From: an uncultured virus (IMG/VR IMGVR_UViG_3300022516_000001)
Lineage: Duplodnaviria > Heunggongvirae > Uroviricota > Caudoviricetes
Virus record (IMG/VR): IMGVR_UViG_3300022516_000001
Strand: one strand, 5' to 3'
Length of the DNA stretch: 64,000 nt
Shown: piece by piece, positions 1 through 10,334 of the stretch
Position numbering within the stretch: the stretch's first letter is position 1
Layout of the letters: each line of letters starts with the position of its first letter
Translations under genes and position numbers: made by a program
The notes under the pieces: generated by a model
The model's database searches: none
What the model was told of the DNA's origin: nothing
Seen by the model: the letters and a program-made list of their open reading frames with translations, nothing else

Positions 1-385
1 TAGATTTACAAGTTGTGGCACTTTTGGAATTAAAAAAAGGGTCAGAGATATATATTTCAATGCGGTTGATAAATTACATACAGGAATTAAAAATGGTGTA
101 GTAACTGGTAAAAATCTTAGTATCTTAATGGAAGAATTAACGGCATATTTAGTTTCAATTCATTATAATTTAAAATTATATGATATATTAACACACGAAT
201 TAATTGTTAAATATAATAAATCACGTGCTGGTGATATAAAAAAATATACTCATTTATGGTTTGGTTATAAATTTACTGATAGAAATATCACATTAATGAA
301 AAATAAGGTTAGACAAGAATTTCCACATAATTATTCTTTGATTGATAAATATGAAATGGAAGTTTTAAATGAAATTAAAATTTAA
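1..385 (+). CDS. hypothetical protein, 5'-partial
   Basis: Frame is open from base 2 into the 128..385 ORF. Confidence 0.7.
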   Translation, partial: RFTSCGTFGIKKRVRDIYFNAVDKLHTGIKNGVVTGKNLSILMEELTAYLVSIHYNLKLYDILTHELIVKYNKSRAGDIKKYTHLWFGYKFTDRNITLMKNKVRQEFPHNYSLIDKYEMEVLNEIKI

Positions 386-392
386 TACGAAC

Positions 393-401
393 GTATTTAT
401 A
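393..401 (+). promoter_or_regulatory. putative late promoter GTATTTATA
   Basis: Motif begins 25 nt before ATG 418 and recurs at similar spacing before many genes. Confidence 0.65.
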
Positions 402-417
402 AATAATAAAACATAAT

Positions 418-1320
418 ATGGCAGTAGGTACATTTGGCATAACAAGACCAGCAGATGTTAGTATCGATGATATTGATATTTATTATAATTATATTCCTAA
501 TAGGGAAACATTAAATAATGATATATTTAAATTAAATACTTCTGAAATATTATCATATAATTATTTACCAACAGATGAACAAATTTCTGGTAATGAAAAT
601 CTTCTTGAAGGATTATATAATTTAAGACTACCAGCATCAGTATTTTCTAATTTAGGTATTTATACATTATATATAAAACCTAAAAAAACCATAACTACAA
701 TTATTGATTGTAGTGTATTATCTTCATTACCAAGTGTAAGAGGAATTGTACTTGATAGTAATCAATTACCATCAAATATGAAAGCAAATAATGCATTACA
801 GGGATATCGAATTGAATATATTGATGCAACTACCAATAAAAAAATAAGAAATGTTGTTCGTTATGTAGTAACCTCAAATAAAGTAGTTCCTGTTAGTGAA
901 AATGTTGGAAATACCAGTCAAAAAGCTATTAGATATCGTTTTGATGATAGTGGTTCTTTATTATTTTTACAATTAACACCAAGTAGTTCTTCAGACGTAA
1001 AACCAAATATTTCACCATTTATTGGTAATCCAAATCAAACAATTATTATTTCAAATACATTTTTTTCACCACTTGTAATTGAAGTCGATTTAGTTGCAAA
1101 TACAATTGATACTCTTTCTAATATTGTTGCTGGTGAACAAATTAAAGATGTTGACAATGGAATATTAACATATTACGATGAAAATAGGGTTATTACAAAA
1201 CAATTTAATATTTATGAAATAAAAGATGATGTTGGTAATGTGCCATTATATGAAGTCAAAGAAAAACGTGTGAATCTAGACGAAACACAAAACTTTAATT
1301 CAGTTACAAATGGTTTATAA
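418..1320 (+). CDS. putative virion structural protein
   Basis: 300 aa, beta-rich, late motif upstream, lies in the tail/baseplate cluster. Confidence 0.55.
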   Translation: MAVGTFGITRPADVSIDDIDIYYNYIPNRETLNNDIFKLNTSEILSYNYLPTDEQISGNENLLEGLYNLRLPASVFSNLGIYTLYIKPKKTITTIIDCSVLSSLPSVRGIVLDSNQLPSNMKANNALQGYRIEYIDATTNKKIRNVVRYVVTSNKVVPVSENVGNTSQKAIRYRFDDSGSLLFLQLTPSSSSDVKPNISPFIGNPNQTIIISNTFFSPLVIEVDLVANTIDTLSNIVAGEQIKDVDNGILTYYDENRVITKQFNIYEIKDDVGNVPLYEVKEKRVNLDETQNFNSVTNGL

Positions 1321-1345
1321 TAAACGAATTTAATTAAATTTCAAA

Positions 1346-1380
1346 AAAATCCCAATCTTAGATTTGGGATTTTTCTTTTT
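1346..1380 (+). terminator. rho-independent terminator
   Basis: AAAATCCCAA/TTGGGATTTT stem followed by a T-run. Confidence 0.75.
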
Positions 1381-1383
1381 ATT

Positions 1384-1392
1384 GTATTTATA
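1384..1392 (+). promoter_or_regulatory. putative late promoter GTATTTATA
   Basis: Begins 25 nt before GTG 1409. Confidence 0.65.
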
Positions 1393-1408
1393 TTAAATTG
1401 TAAAGACT

Positions 1409-4400
1409 GTGGCAAAAGTAAAAGTAATAAACACAAATCTCGACCAAAATTTAAATGGAACTTTTTTTAATGACTTTCCTTCAAAAACAATATTTACGTT
1501 TGGAAGTTTTAATGTTACATCTAATTTTGATGGTAAATTAACCATAGACTATACCAATACACTTAGTTCATTTGTTCGTCCAGTTACATTAGAAACAATG
1601 GGTGTTACTGATGTTCAGTCACAAATATTACAAACATATACAACAAATGCTGTATTGAATCTTGATAAATCAGATTTAAATACATTTATTAGATTTGGTT
1701 CTGCTTATGAATTTTTAAGAGTATCAATACAAAATATTATTCTTGCATATCCGGGAAGTCTTTTTGCAAATTCTCAAAAAGTTCGTGGTGGTAATATAAC
1801 ATTTTCTGGCTATTCATATAATGCAACTGGAAATACTGCTACATTTTATATACCAACAGCATTTACAACAAATATTTTTGGATTAGTCTTTAATTCAGGA
1901 AATACAACTACATCAAGTGATGTTGATATTAAAAATTTAAATATTTCATATAATAATTACGTTGTTTGGTTACCATTTACTCCAGAATCTTTTTATCCTA
2001 TAGTTGGATTTACAGGAAATTCTACAAATAGTATGTATACTCTTTCAAAATATTATTTGAAAGTGCAAGTTACTGGTGACCCATTTTCTTTCATGAAAAC
2101 AGGTAATACACCTAATTATAAAATTAAAACAGGTAATGTTGATTTTCATATAAAACCAAACAATATTATATTTGAAGAGTATCGAGCATTACTTAATGAT
2201 TATGAAAAATATATCGTTTCACAAAGAAATGGAACTGATGGATTTCAATTCGTATTAAAAGACCCCACATTACTTGATGATGGTACAATTATATATTCAG
2301 ATGCAATAATGCTTTGGACAACATCTGATAAATATAATATAGATATAAACACCCCAAATTATCAAAAATTTTTACAAATTGTATTAACAATTGGTGCAAA
2401 ATATGATAAAATTAAAACGGATTTAATTGCAAGATTTTTAACACCTTCTTCACTAAAAACATATGACCAAACAGAAGAAGGTAAAATAACTAAACTACTA
2501 CGAATTTATGGTAGAGAATTTGACCAATTAAGACAATTTATTGATTCTTTAGTTTATATTAATAAAGTTACATATGACAAATTAAATAATATACCTGACC
2601 AATTAATAAAAAATATGTCCAGAACATTTGGATGGGATTATTTTTCATTAGTTAATGAAAATGAATTGGTTCAAGGATTTTTAACTGTTAATGATGAAGA
2701 AAGAAATTTAAATGAAAATCTTTTACCAGCAGAAATTGATATTGAATTATGGAGAAGAATATTAAACAATACGAACTATTTTTGGAAATCAAAAGGAACT
2801 CGTGAAGCAATTAAATCAATGTTTTTATTGATTGGTATACCTGAACCATTCATTAATATTACAGAATACGTTTATACTGTTGATGGTAAAATTAATCCAA
2901 ATAGTGTTAATATTGCTCAACAAGATTTTCCTTCAAATTCATTACCTTATGATACAAGTGGTTATCCTGTTGCACCATTAGAAACTAATGATTTTTATTT
3001 TCAAATTTCAGGAGATACAGATAGTGGTCAAGCATATCTTGATGTATTTCGTATGGCAGGATTTAATCTTTCTTCAACTGTCGATAATAAAAAATCTTGG
3101 ATTCAAACGGGTGCAACAACAAGAATTCATTATGATACTCCACAATATTATCAAAAAGATAGTAAACTTGTAATTAATACCAAAGAAGTTGATATTGCAT
3201 TAGATATGGCACGTGGTATAGAATATGATGTTTATGATTATATTAAAAATGTAGATTTTCCAGCAAATAATAGTGGATATACATTACCATATTCATATGT
3301 TAATATATCATTAGATTATACTGGAACTTCAAATACATTTCAACTTCCAACACCATATGATAAAACTCAAGGTTATTTTGAAGTTCGTTATAATGGTATA
3401 TTATTAAACGCACCACGTATTTTTAATCCCCCATATGGTTATGGTAGTGATATTCCACCTATTGGTATGGGTAATTTAACTGCTGAAGAAGTATTAGACC
3501 CAGAATATTTAAGTGCTGATTATAGTGTTTCTGGAAATAGTTTTACAATTTTAAATGGTAATTATGCAACAAATTCAAATAATCGTAGAGATGTTATTGA
3601 AGCAACTTTTATTTATAGTGGTGGAACACGACCAGTTACAGGTATTACGATTCAATATATTGTAACACGTATTAAACCACAATTTCCATATACATATATT
3701 CCATTACCAAGTTTTCCACGTGGTGATGTTCAAGTAACAATAAATGGTATTGCACTAACAAAAGGCACATCACAATTTACTGCAGATTATATTATTGACC
3801 CAAATAATACTACTGGTCATAGTCAAATTATTTTACAAAATACAGATGTAATTTCATTTTTAGCAATTAATCCAGAAGTTCAAGTAGCATATGTTGAAGT
3901 TCATGGTAGTAATGATATTAATGCAAGAAGTGAAGTGGTAAGAATTGATAGTTTTAATAATAGTAAAATATATTTTAATCTTAGTGCAAATAAGTATGTT
4001 TATAAATTAAATTATAAGGCAAATAAAGCATCTGATATTAAATTTTTAGTAGATGGTATTGCATTAGAACCATATAGAGATTATGATATTAACGTAATGA
4101 ATCCATACGAAGTATATTTACCAAATGGTCTTAGATATGGGAATGTTCTTAGTGCTTATTATCTTGTTGGTGGAAATGCTGCATTCACACCAGTTGTTTC
4201 AGATAGTTTTGGAATTGGGGATATAAGTAAATTATCATTTTTAGAATTTATTGAATTAATTCAAAGAAAAATGATTAATGCAAGAAATAGAAAAACTATA
4301 TCAGATTTTAAAGGCGGTTGGTATCCTGCATTATTAAGAATTTATGAAATGTATTTACAAAGAGCATTGCTTCCAACAGGAGATACTTTGCATTCAAATG

Positions 4401-5938
4401 GATATACTTTTGAAAACTTATATTCGTTTTTAAGTAAATATAATGCATTCTTTCAAAAATTTGTAGACCAATTATTGTCAGCTACAATTATATTAAAAAA
4501 GGGTGGATTATTAATTCGTAATACTGTATTTACTAAACAAAAATTCATGTATAAGAGAGGTGTAAACGTCTCTCCATCTGGAACAACATATTATTATAAT
4601 CCAGAACCAAATCCTTATGATTATGGAAATTCTATTCCACCTATTGGTGTTGGTAATTTAACATATAGAGGAACAGTACAATATTTGGGCGATGATGGTG
4701 CTATGTTTATTATAAAACAAAATCCAGAACCATCACCTATTGATTTATATGTTGAAACTAAAGCAGGTACTGCTGGTATTGGCTCGATGATAAATATTGG
4801 TGGTAAAAATATTACCGGATTAAGTCTTATAAGAGAATATGGTGTTATGTATAAGAAATCAACATCTACAACATGGACAAAACATTTTGTATCAGGTAAA
4901 CCTTCAACTAATTCATTTAGTTTTACAATAAATGGTTTATTAGAAGGTACTGTATATAATTATAAAGCAGTTGTTCATTCAGATGTTCTTGCGGATACTG
5001 GTAATACATTATCATTAAAAACGTTATCAACACCACCCCCAACACCACCATCAGGTAAAACAAAACAAATTACATCAAGTTCTTCATCAGCACTTTATTA
5101 TACTGGTGGTTATGCAATTCAACGTTATGCTGATGTTCAATGGTATGGTATGCAATACAGACCAATTGGAAGTACTGCAACATTTAATGTAACACCAACA
5201 TTATTTACAAATATTCCAGCAACATCTCAAGTATGTAATGTAACTATTGTTGGTGAAATAAGTAATACTTTTACAGTATCTGCTGTATGTGGAGTAACAC
5301 CAATTACTTGGTTAACACCACAAACACCTGCCCCACCAACTCCAGCAGGTATAACACAAAGTGTTACAATACAATCAACTACAGTTGCAAGAACTGGCTG
5401 TACAATATATACGCCAACAGTTGGAATACCTAAAATTGTTGTATTTGAACAAAATGGTGTACCACAAACACATGTAGTAAATGTAATTACTTGTACTGGT
5501 GGATATTGTTATCCTACCAATGTATATCAACCGGGTACTATTACTCCACCAAATGCTGGTGATTGTTACTATGTAAATATTTGTTATTATATATGTAAAG
5601 GTACAAGTGCAGCAAATCATATTACTTGTGTTTGTGTAAAATGTAATGGTACTACAATTAGTGGATGGAATTGTAGTGTTGCTAATCTTGGTAAAGGTAG
5701 TGGATATTATGATGGTAGTTTTGGTACTAAACTTATATGTCATAGTGATAATTTACAATTATTTACATGTGCTATAAGCGATAATACAAAATGCGCATCA
5801 GATATTGCTGAACTTTGGATTGGTGGTATTACAAATAGTGTTGGAACATATACTGTTGGTTCTCCATATTTAATAAGTGAAACAACATCAAATATTTCTT
5901 GCTGTTGCTGTTGTGGTGGTAAGCCAACACCAGAATAA
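1409..5938 (+). CDS. large baseplate-wedge/tail-associated protein with FN3-like and Cys-rich C-terminal domains
   Basis: YFWKSKGTREAIK resembles wedge/P2 gpI-type motifs; FN3-like INGLLEGTVYNYKA; PT-rich linkers; Cys-rich end. Confidence 0.6.
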   Translation: MAKVKVINTNLDQNLNGTFFNDFPSKTIFTFGSFNVTSNFDGKLTIDYTNTLSSFVRPVTLETMGVTDVQSQILQTYTTNAVLNLDKSDLNTFIRFGSAYEFLRVSIQNIILAYPGSLFANSQKVRGGNITFSGYSYNATGNTATFYIPTAFTTNIFGLVFNSGNTTTSSDVDIKNLNISYNNYVVWLPFTPESFYPIVGFTGNSTNSMYTLSKYYLKVQVTGDPFSFMKTGNTPNYKIKTGNVDFHIKPNNIIFEEYRALLNDYEKYIVSQRNGTDGFQFVLKDPTLLDDGTIIYSDAIMLWTTSDKYNIDINTPNYQKFLQIVLTIGAKYDKIKTDLIARFLTPSSLKTYDQTEEGKITKLLRIYGREFDQLRQFIDSLVYINKVTYDKLNNIPDQLIKNMSRTFGWDYFSLVNENELVQGFLTVNDEERNLNENLLPAEIDIELWRRILNNTNYFWKSKGTREAIKSMFLLIGIPEPFINITEYVYTVDGKINPNSVNIAQQDFPSNSLPYDTSGYPVAPLETNDFYFQISGDTDSGQAYLDVFRMAGFNLSSTVDNKKSWIQTGATTRIHYDTPQYYQKDSKLVINTKEVDIALDMARGIEYDVYDYIKNVDFPANNSGYTLPYSYVNISLDYTGTSNTFQLPTPYDKTQGYFEVRYNGILLNAPRIFNPPYGYGSDIPPIGMGNLTAEEVLDPEYLSADYSVSGNSFTILNGNYATNSNNRRDVIEATFIYSGGTRPVTGITIQYIVTRIKPQFPYTYIPLPSFPRGDVQVTINGIALTKGTSQFTADYIIDPNNTTGHSQIILQNTDVISFLAINPEVQVAYVEVHGSNDINARSEVVRIDSFNNSKIYFNLSANKYVYKLNYKANKASDIKFLVDGIALEPYRDYDINVMNPYEVYLPNGLRYGNVLSAYYLVGGNAAFTPVVSDSFGIGDISKLSFLEFIELIQRKMINARNRKTISDFKGGWYPALLRIYEMYLQRALLPTGDTLHSNGYTFENLYSFLSKYNAFFQKFVDQLLSATIILKKGGLLIRNTVFTKQKFMYKRGVNVSPSGTTYYYNPEPNPYDYGNSIPPIGVGNLTYRGTVQYLGDDGAMFIIKQNPEPSPIDLYVETKAGTAGIGSMINIGGKNITGLSLIREYGVMYKKSTSTTWTKHFVSGKPSTNSFSFTINGLLEGTVYNYKAVVHSDVLADTGNTLSLKTLSTPPPTPPSGKTKQITSSSSSALYYTGGYAIQRYADVQWYGMQYRPIGSTATFNVTPTLFTNIPATSQVCNVTIVGEISNTFTVSAVCGVTPITWLTPQTPAPPTPAGITQSVTIQSTTVARTGCTIYTPTVGIPKIVVFEQNGVPQTHVVNVITCTGGYCYPTNVYQPGTITPPNAGDCYYVNICYYICKGTSAANHITCVCVKCNGTTISGWNCSVANLGKGSGYYDGSFGTKLICHSDNLQLFTCAISDNTKCASDIAELWIGGITNSVGTYTVGSPYLISETTSNISCCCCCGGKPTPE

Positions 5939-5949
5939 TAAAATAATGA

Positions 5950-5958
5950 GTATTTATA
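5950..5958 (+). promoter_or_regulatory. putative late promoter GTATTTATA
   Basis: Begins 33 nt before ATG 5983. Confidence 0.6.
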
Positions 5959-5982
5959 AATAATATAATAAAATAATATAAT

Positions 5983-6936
5983 ATGCCAACACCAACACCA
6001 ACTTGGACAACAACAACTCTGACTGCAGGACCTCTCGCAAGTAATTCATATACTATGTCAATTCCAAATTTGTCAGCAAGTACTATATATGAATATAGAG
6101 CATATTTTATTGTTAATGGTACTGCATATTATGGTAATATACTTACTGGTACAACATTACCAGCAACACTTGCTTCACCGACAGTAAGTACTGGTACTGC
6201 AGGTGCTGCTTTACCAACAGAATTTCCTGTAAATAATAGTGAGGTAAATACTATAGGTGATGCTCCAATTATGGAATATGGAATATTATATACCCAACTT
6301 AGTGCATGGGGAACAGATTCTAATTTAATTTACTCAAATTATCCAACTTATTTGAAAATAAATTCAACTTGTTCTGTAATTGGTGCAGGAGTTCCTTTTA
6401 GTAATTTAGCATGTGGTCTTGCATCAAATACTATGACATATTTTCGAGCATTTGCAAAAAGTGCTGTTGGTATTGGATATGGCAGTGTTCAATGTAAACA
6501 AACATTAGTTAATACAGTTTCACTTTGTAGTCTTTGTGATACATCTGGAAGTGGTGATAGTGTAGAATCAAGTGCATGTTTTATATATTCAATAACAAGA
6601 ACTGCTGGCGATTGTTTCTATCCAACAATTAATTGGACAGTAGTAAAAGGAGCAACATCAGACCCAGAAGGTGGTACAGTTAGTGTTTATTGTAATGGTG
6701 CTTGTATTCGTGGTGGTGGAAGAGTTAGTAGATTAGCATTTTCATGTAGTGGTTCATTCGCACCATTTCTCGTTGATTCAAATGATGTTATTGTATTATG
6801 TGCTGAAGCAAATACTGATGGTTCATCATATACTACTGCATCAGCAAATATTAGTAGTATATGTAATTGTATTGGTCATTATACTGTTGGTTCACCATAT
6901 AGTATTTTTGCAGATACAAGATACAAGATAATATAA
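5983..6936 (+). CDS. FN3-like and Cys-rich virion protein (fibre/adhesin-like)
   Basis: IPNLSASTIYEYRAY and GLASNTMTYFRAFA FN3-like strands; C-terminal domain paralogous to the end of the upstream protein. Confidence 0.55.
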   Translation: MPTPTPTWTTTTLTAGPLASNSYTMSIPNLSASTIYEYRAYFIVNGTAYYGNILTGTTLPATLASPTVSTGTAGAALPTEFPVNNSEVNTIGDAPIMEYGILYTQLSAWGTDSNLIYSNYPTYLKINSTCSVIGAGVPFSNLACGLASNTMTYFRAFAKSAVGIGYGSVQCKQTLVNTVSLCSLCDTSGSGDSVESSACFIYSITRTAGDCFYPTINWTVVKGATSDPEGGTVSVYCNGACIRGGGRVSRLAFSCSGSFAPFLVDSNDVIVLCAEANTDGSSYTTASANISSICNCIGHYTVGSPYSIFADTRYKII

Positions 6937-6950
6937 AAAATAATTATTCT

Positions 6951-6959
6951 GTATTTATA
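6951..6959 (+). promoter_or_regulatory. putative late promoter GTATTTATA
   Basis: Begins 25 nt before ATG 6976. Confidence 0.65.
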
Positions 6960-6975
6960 TCTAAATAATAATTAA

Positions 6976-8289
6976 ATGGCATTTATTGAAAAAAAAGACC
7001 CTATTGTTATAGACATAAAATTAACATCAAAAGGTAGAGAATTATTATCTCAAGGTAAATTAAATTTTAAATATTATACTATTGGTGATAGTGAAGTAGA
7101 TTATGCATATACAGATGCAGTTAATGCTGTTTCTACTGGATATACTGCATTTAATACAAATATATTAAAACCCGTTGATAAGAATCCGAATGTATTAAGT
7201 TTCATTCCAAGAAATTTAAGTGGTGACCCATATAATGTAATATCAAGCATACCAGTTAGTTCATATAGTGTTGAAAATAAAGTAGATTCTATAGGATTTT
7301 TTACAAATGATGGTGATTATTTTATTGTAGATAGTAATCACGTAAAACAACCAGATGCAATGGTTCGAGTAAATGAAATTGTGGGTGGTTTAGACCTTGT
7401 ATTATATAAAGCACCAACATATGGCAAAAGTGGAAATGAACCCAAAGCTGGTGATTTATTACTTATAAAATGGACACCCCATACAGGATATTATGTTTAT
7501 AAAAATCATCCCTCACCTTATTTATGGTATAAAATTATTACTATAAAATCAGGTACTTTAGCAAAAAATGGTCGTCATATTACTGTTGATAGAGAATTAC
7601 CTGATTTTAGTATGTTGGGACTTTCTTCAGGAATTACTGTAGGTGCAATGATTTATTATAATACAATTCATTATACTGGTGATACTATAGCAAATATGTC
7701 TTCTACTGAATATCTTGATGAAAGTGTTTTATCTTTTTTACAAAATAGTCAATGTCCAACAATTATATTTCCTTTTTGGAATATGTCAATTATATTTACA
7801 GAAGAAATTGCAGGAGTAAAAGCAGCAAATATAAAATATACACAATTTAAAAACAAAGCATTTGGTAGTTTTGTATCATATATTCAAAATCAAGCACCTA
7901 TTTATAAAAAATTGGGGGTTATTCATTATACAAATTCAAGTCCAGCTAATGTTTATGGGGAAGGATTTTTATTAGATTCACCAGTATTAGAAATTCCTAC
8001 AATAATGTGGCATAAATCAAAAAAAACAGAATTAGGACTTAAATTAAAAGCATATTCAGCAGATGGAAATCCTATGTATGATATTGCAGATAAAAATGTT
8101 AATCATGGATTAAGAACTGCTTATTATTATCTTGTTGATGTTAATGATACATCATCAACGCCATATTCTGTTGGTAAAGTATTTCTTGAATTAAAAATAT
8201 TTGTTATAGAAGACCAAGAACTATTATATGCAATGTCATATAAATCAAATAGGTCTTGGACTCTTCCTAATTATACAATTAATACATAA
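6976..8289 (+). CDS. putative tail/baseplate structural protein
   Basis: N-terminal KLTSKGRELLSQG...IGDSE resembles tail-fibre attachment domains; late motif upstream. Confidence 0.5.
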   Translation: MAFIEKKDPIVIDIKLTSKGRELLSQGKLNFKYYTIGDSEVDYAYTDAVNAVSTGYTAFNTNILKPVDKNPNVLSFIPRNLSGDPYNVISSIPVSSYSVENKVDSIGFFTNDGDYFIVDSNHVKQPDAMVRVNEIVGGLDLVLYKAPTYGKSGNEPKAGDLLLIKWTPHTGYYVYKNHPSPYLWYKIITIKSGTLAKNGRHITVDRELPDFSMLGLSSGITVGAMIYYNTIHYTGDTIANMSSTEYLDESVLSFLQNSQCPTIIFPFWNMSIIFTEEIAGVKAANIKYTQFKNKAFGSFVSYIQNQAPIYKKLGVIHYTNSSPANVYGEGFLLDSPVLEIPTIMWHKSKKTELGLKLKAYSADGNPMYDIADKNVNHGLRTAYYYLVDVNDTSSTPYSVGKVFLELKIFVIEDQELLYAMSYKSNRSWTLPNYTINT

Positions 8290-8294
8290 ATAAT

Positions 8295-9038
8295 ATGGCA
8301 TCTACTTATACAATTTATGCAACATACGCATTAGTTCCAACTGGAAATACAGCAGCAGGATATAGACGAGCAATTCATTGTAATTATATTAATAGCACAC
8401 AACTTATTACTACTAATATTAATGTAGAAGAACTTCGCATTAATTTTGTAAACAATAGTGATTTTAAATTCTTAAGTAGTGCAACAGGATATACTGCTAT
8501 TACACTTGCAACAGGATATACTGTTAATAGAATATATGTAATATTTCAAAGAATTTTTAATCAACCCGGACAACCAATACCAAAACCAGTATCAACTGAT
8601 TGGAAATATTTAGATGTTACCGACCAAATTATTGGACATCATAATCCATTAACTGCAAAAGATTTAACAAGTATTGTTTTTAAAATACCATTCATAAATT
8701 ATACTCATTATTTAACTTATGATTTAGACTATCTTAATTATCCATCAGCAAGTCAAACAGGTCAATTATGTTTTGGTGATGAAGAATATTTTTTTGGAAA
8801 TGTAACTACCGAAATTAAAGCAGATGTTTATACTACAGACATGTCAATCAATGTAAATTTAAATGAATTTAATTCAAGTACTAATTTATCTTGGGAAGGT
8901 GGTTTTTCTAAAGTTTATATTAGTGAAGTTGCATTATTTGATAGTAATAAAAATTTAGTTGCTATTGGTAAACTGAATGACCCTGTGCCAAAAGATGAAA
9001 CAATTTCCAGAACACTTCTTTTTGCAATTGATTTTTAA
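8295..9038 (+). CDS. putative tail/baseplate structural protein
   Basis: C-terminal ISEVALFDSNKNLVAIGKL resembles tail-fibre attachment domains. Confidence 0.5.
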   Translation: MASTYTIYATYALVPTGNTAAGYRRAIHCNYINSTQLITTNINVEELRINFVNNSDFKFLSSATGYTAITLATGYTVNRIYVIFQRIFNQPGQPIPKPVSTDWKYLDVTDQIIGHHNPLTAKDLTSIVFKIPFINYTHYLTYDLDYLNYPSASQTGQLCFGDEEYFFGNVTTEIKADVYTTDMSINVNLNEFNSSTNLSWEGGFSKVYISEVALFDSNKNLVAIGKLNDPVPKDETISRTLLFAIDF

Positions 9039-9092
9039 AATAATCATAAAATTTTATATTTTTTTATAGTTTCTTAGTATTTATTATAAATT

Positions 9093-9326
9093 ATGGATAA
9101 AATTTATAATAAAAATATGAAAGATTTACTTACGCTCAGTAATACAAAACCAAAATCTATTATAATTGAAGGTGATTTACATAATAGATTTAAGTTATTA
9201 TGTAAAGGAAAAAGTTTAAAAATTGGTGGTGTTATCGAAGACCTTATACAATTGTATTTGGATAACCCCAAAGCAATTCAAAAAATGATTGACGAATTTA
9301 AAGAAAAACATTTAAATTACGTATAA
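9093..9326 (+). CDS. small DNA-binding protein, ribbon-helix-helix-like
   Basis: KSIIIEGDLHNRFKLLC...VIEDLIQLYL strand-helix-helix pattern. Confidence 0.5.
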   Translation: MDKIYNKNMKDLLTLSNTKPKSIIIEGDLHNRFKLLCKGKSLKIGGVIEDLIQLYLDNPKAIQKMIDEFKEKHLNYV

Positions 9327-9343
9327 TATATAAAGATGCTATT

Positions 9344-9955
9344 ATGGAAAAATACATATGGTCATTAGATATAAGTACAACTAATATTGGAAGTGCTTTA
9401 TGGTCTGATAAAGGAAAACTTATTGAACTAAAACATCTTGAATTAAAGACTGATAAAAATATTCCTGTTGAAATTAGAGATATTCATAAAGCAGAAATTT
9501 TTAGAAAATATGTAAATGAATATAAAGAACGTATATTACATGAACTTAACGGTGAAATAATACATATTATTGTAGAAGAACCACTTGGTGGAAGCAATAA
9601 TGCGAACACAGTATCATTATTATATGGATTCAATGGTATTTGTAGATATATTTTATTTACTATATTTGGTTTATATCCTAAGAAAATAAGTGTATATGAC
9701 TCACGTAAAATATTTTGTTCTGAATTAGTTAAAGTTACATTTAAAAAGGGAGAAAAAGTTGAAACGCTTTCATTTCCACCTGAATATCGTGATAAGAAAA
9801 AGTTGTATATCTGGGAAAAAGTTTGTAAATTAGAACCCCAAATTGAATGGTTTTATAAAAAAGATAGTAAAGAACCAAAAGATATGTGTTTTGATATGTC
9901 TGATAGTTATGCTGTTGGATTTGCTGGATTAAAACAATTGAAAATAATTAAATGA
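9344..9955 (+). CDS. RuvC-like Holliday junction resolvase
   Basis: SLDISTTNIG, IVEEP and DMSDSYAV acidic motifs. Confidence 0.7.
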   Translation: MEKYIWSLDISTTNIGSALWSDKGKLIELKHLELKTDKNIPVEIRDIHKAEIFRKYVNEYKERILHELNGEIIHIIVEEPLGGSNNANTVSLLYGFNGICRYILFTIFGLYPKKISVYDSRKIFCSELVKVTFKKGEKVETLSFPPEYRDKKKLYIWEKVCKLEPQIEWFYKKDSKEPKDMCFDMSDSYAVGFAGLKQLKIIK

Positions 9956-10290
9956 AATACATATATTTAATTCAATCATTAGAAAATAGTTATTATAAAA
10001 TTGGAGTATCTAAGCATCCAAATAAACGTCTAAAAGAATTGCAAACGGGAAACTCTTCTGAATTAAAATTAATTGATTCATATCAATCAGAATTTGCACA
10101 TCAAATCGAAAGAACATTACAACGAAGATATTCACACTTAAAAAAAGAAGGTGAATGGTTTGATTTATCTGTAATTAATGAAACCACTTTCAATAAAGAA
10201 TGTCAAAAAATTGAGGAAAATCTAGTATTTTTGAAAAAAAGTGGAAATGTATTTATAAAAAACCTTGTGTTTTTGGTATATTTGTATTAA
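9952..10290 (+). CDS. GIY-YIG superfamily (T5orf172-like) protein
   Basis: YIYLI...YKIGVSKHPNKRLKELQTGN...GEWF. Confidence 0.8.
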   Translation: MKYIYLIQSLENSYYKIGVSKHPNKRLKELQTGNSSELKLIDSYQSEFAHQIERTLQRRYSHLKKEGEWFDLSVINETTFNKECQKIEENLVFLKKSGNVFIKNLVFLVYLY

Positions 10291-10334
10291 GTTTGACAAA
10301 ACATCAAAAAATAATTTTATCTAATTATATATAC

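Noticed and set aside
5899..5913. TGY triplet run as a phase-variable microsatellite
   Set aside because: Mixed TGC/TGT codons and only five units; better explained as encoded poly-Cys
5465..6936. Diversity-generating retroelement template/variable repeat pair
   Set aside because: The two Cys-rich domains differ at all base types with indels, and no reverse transcriptase is in the window
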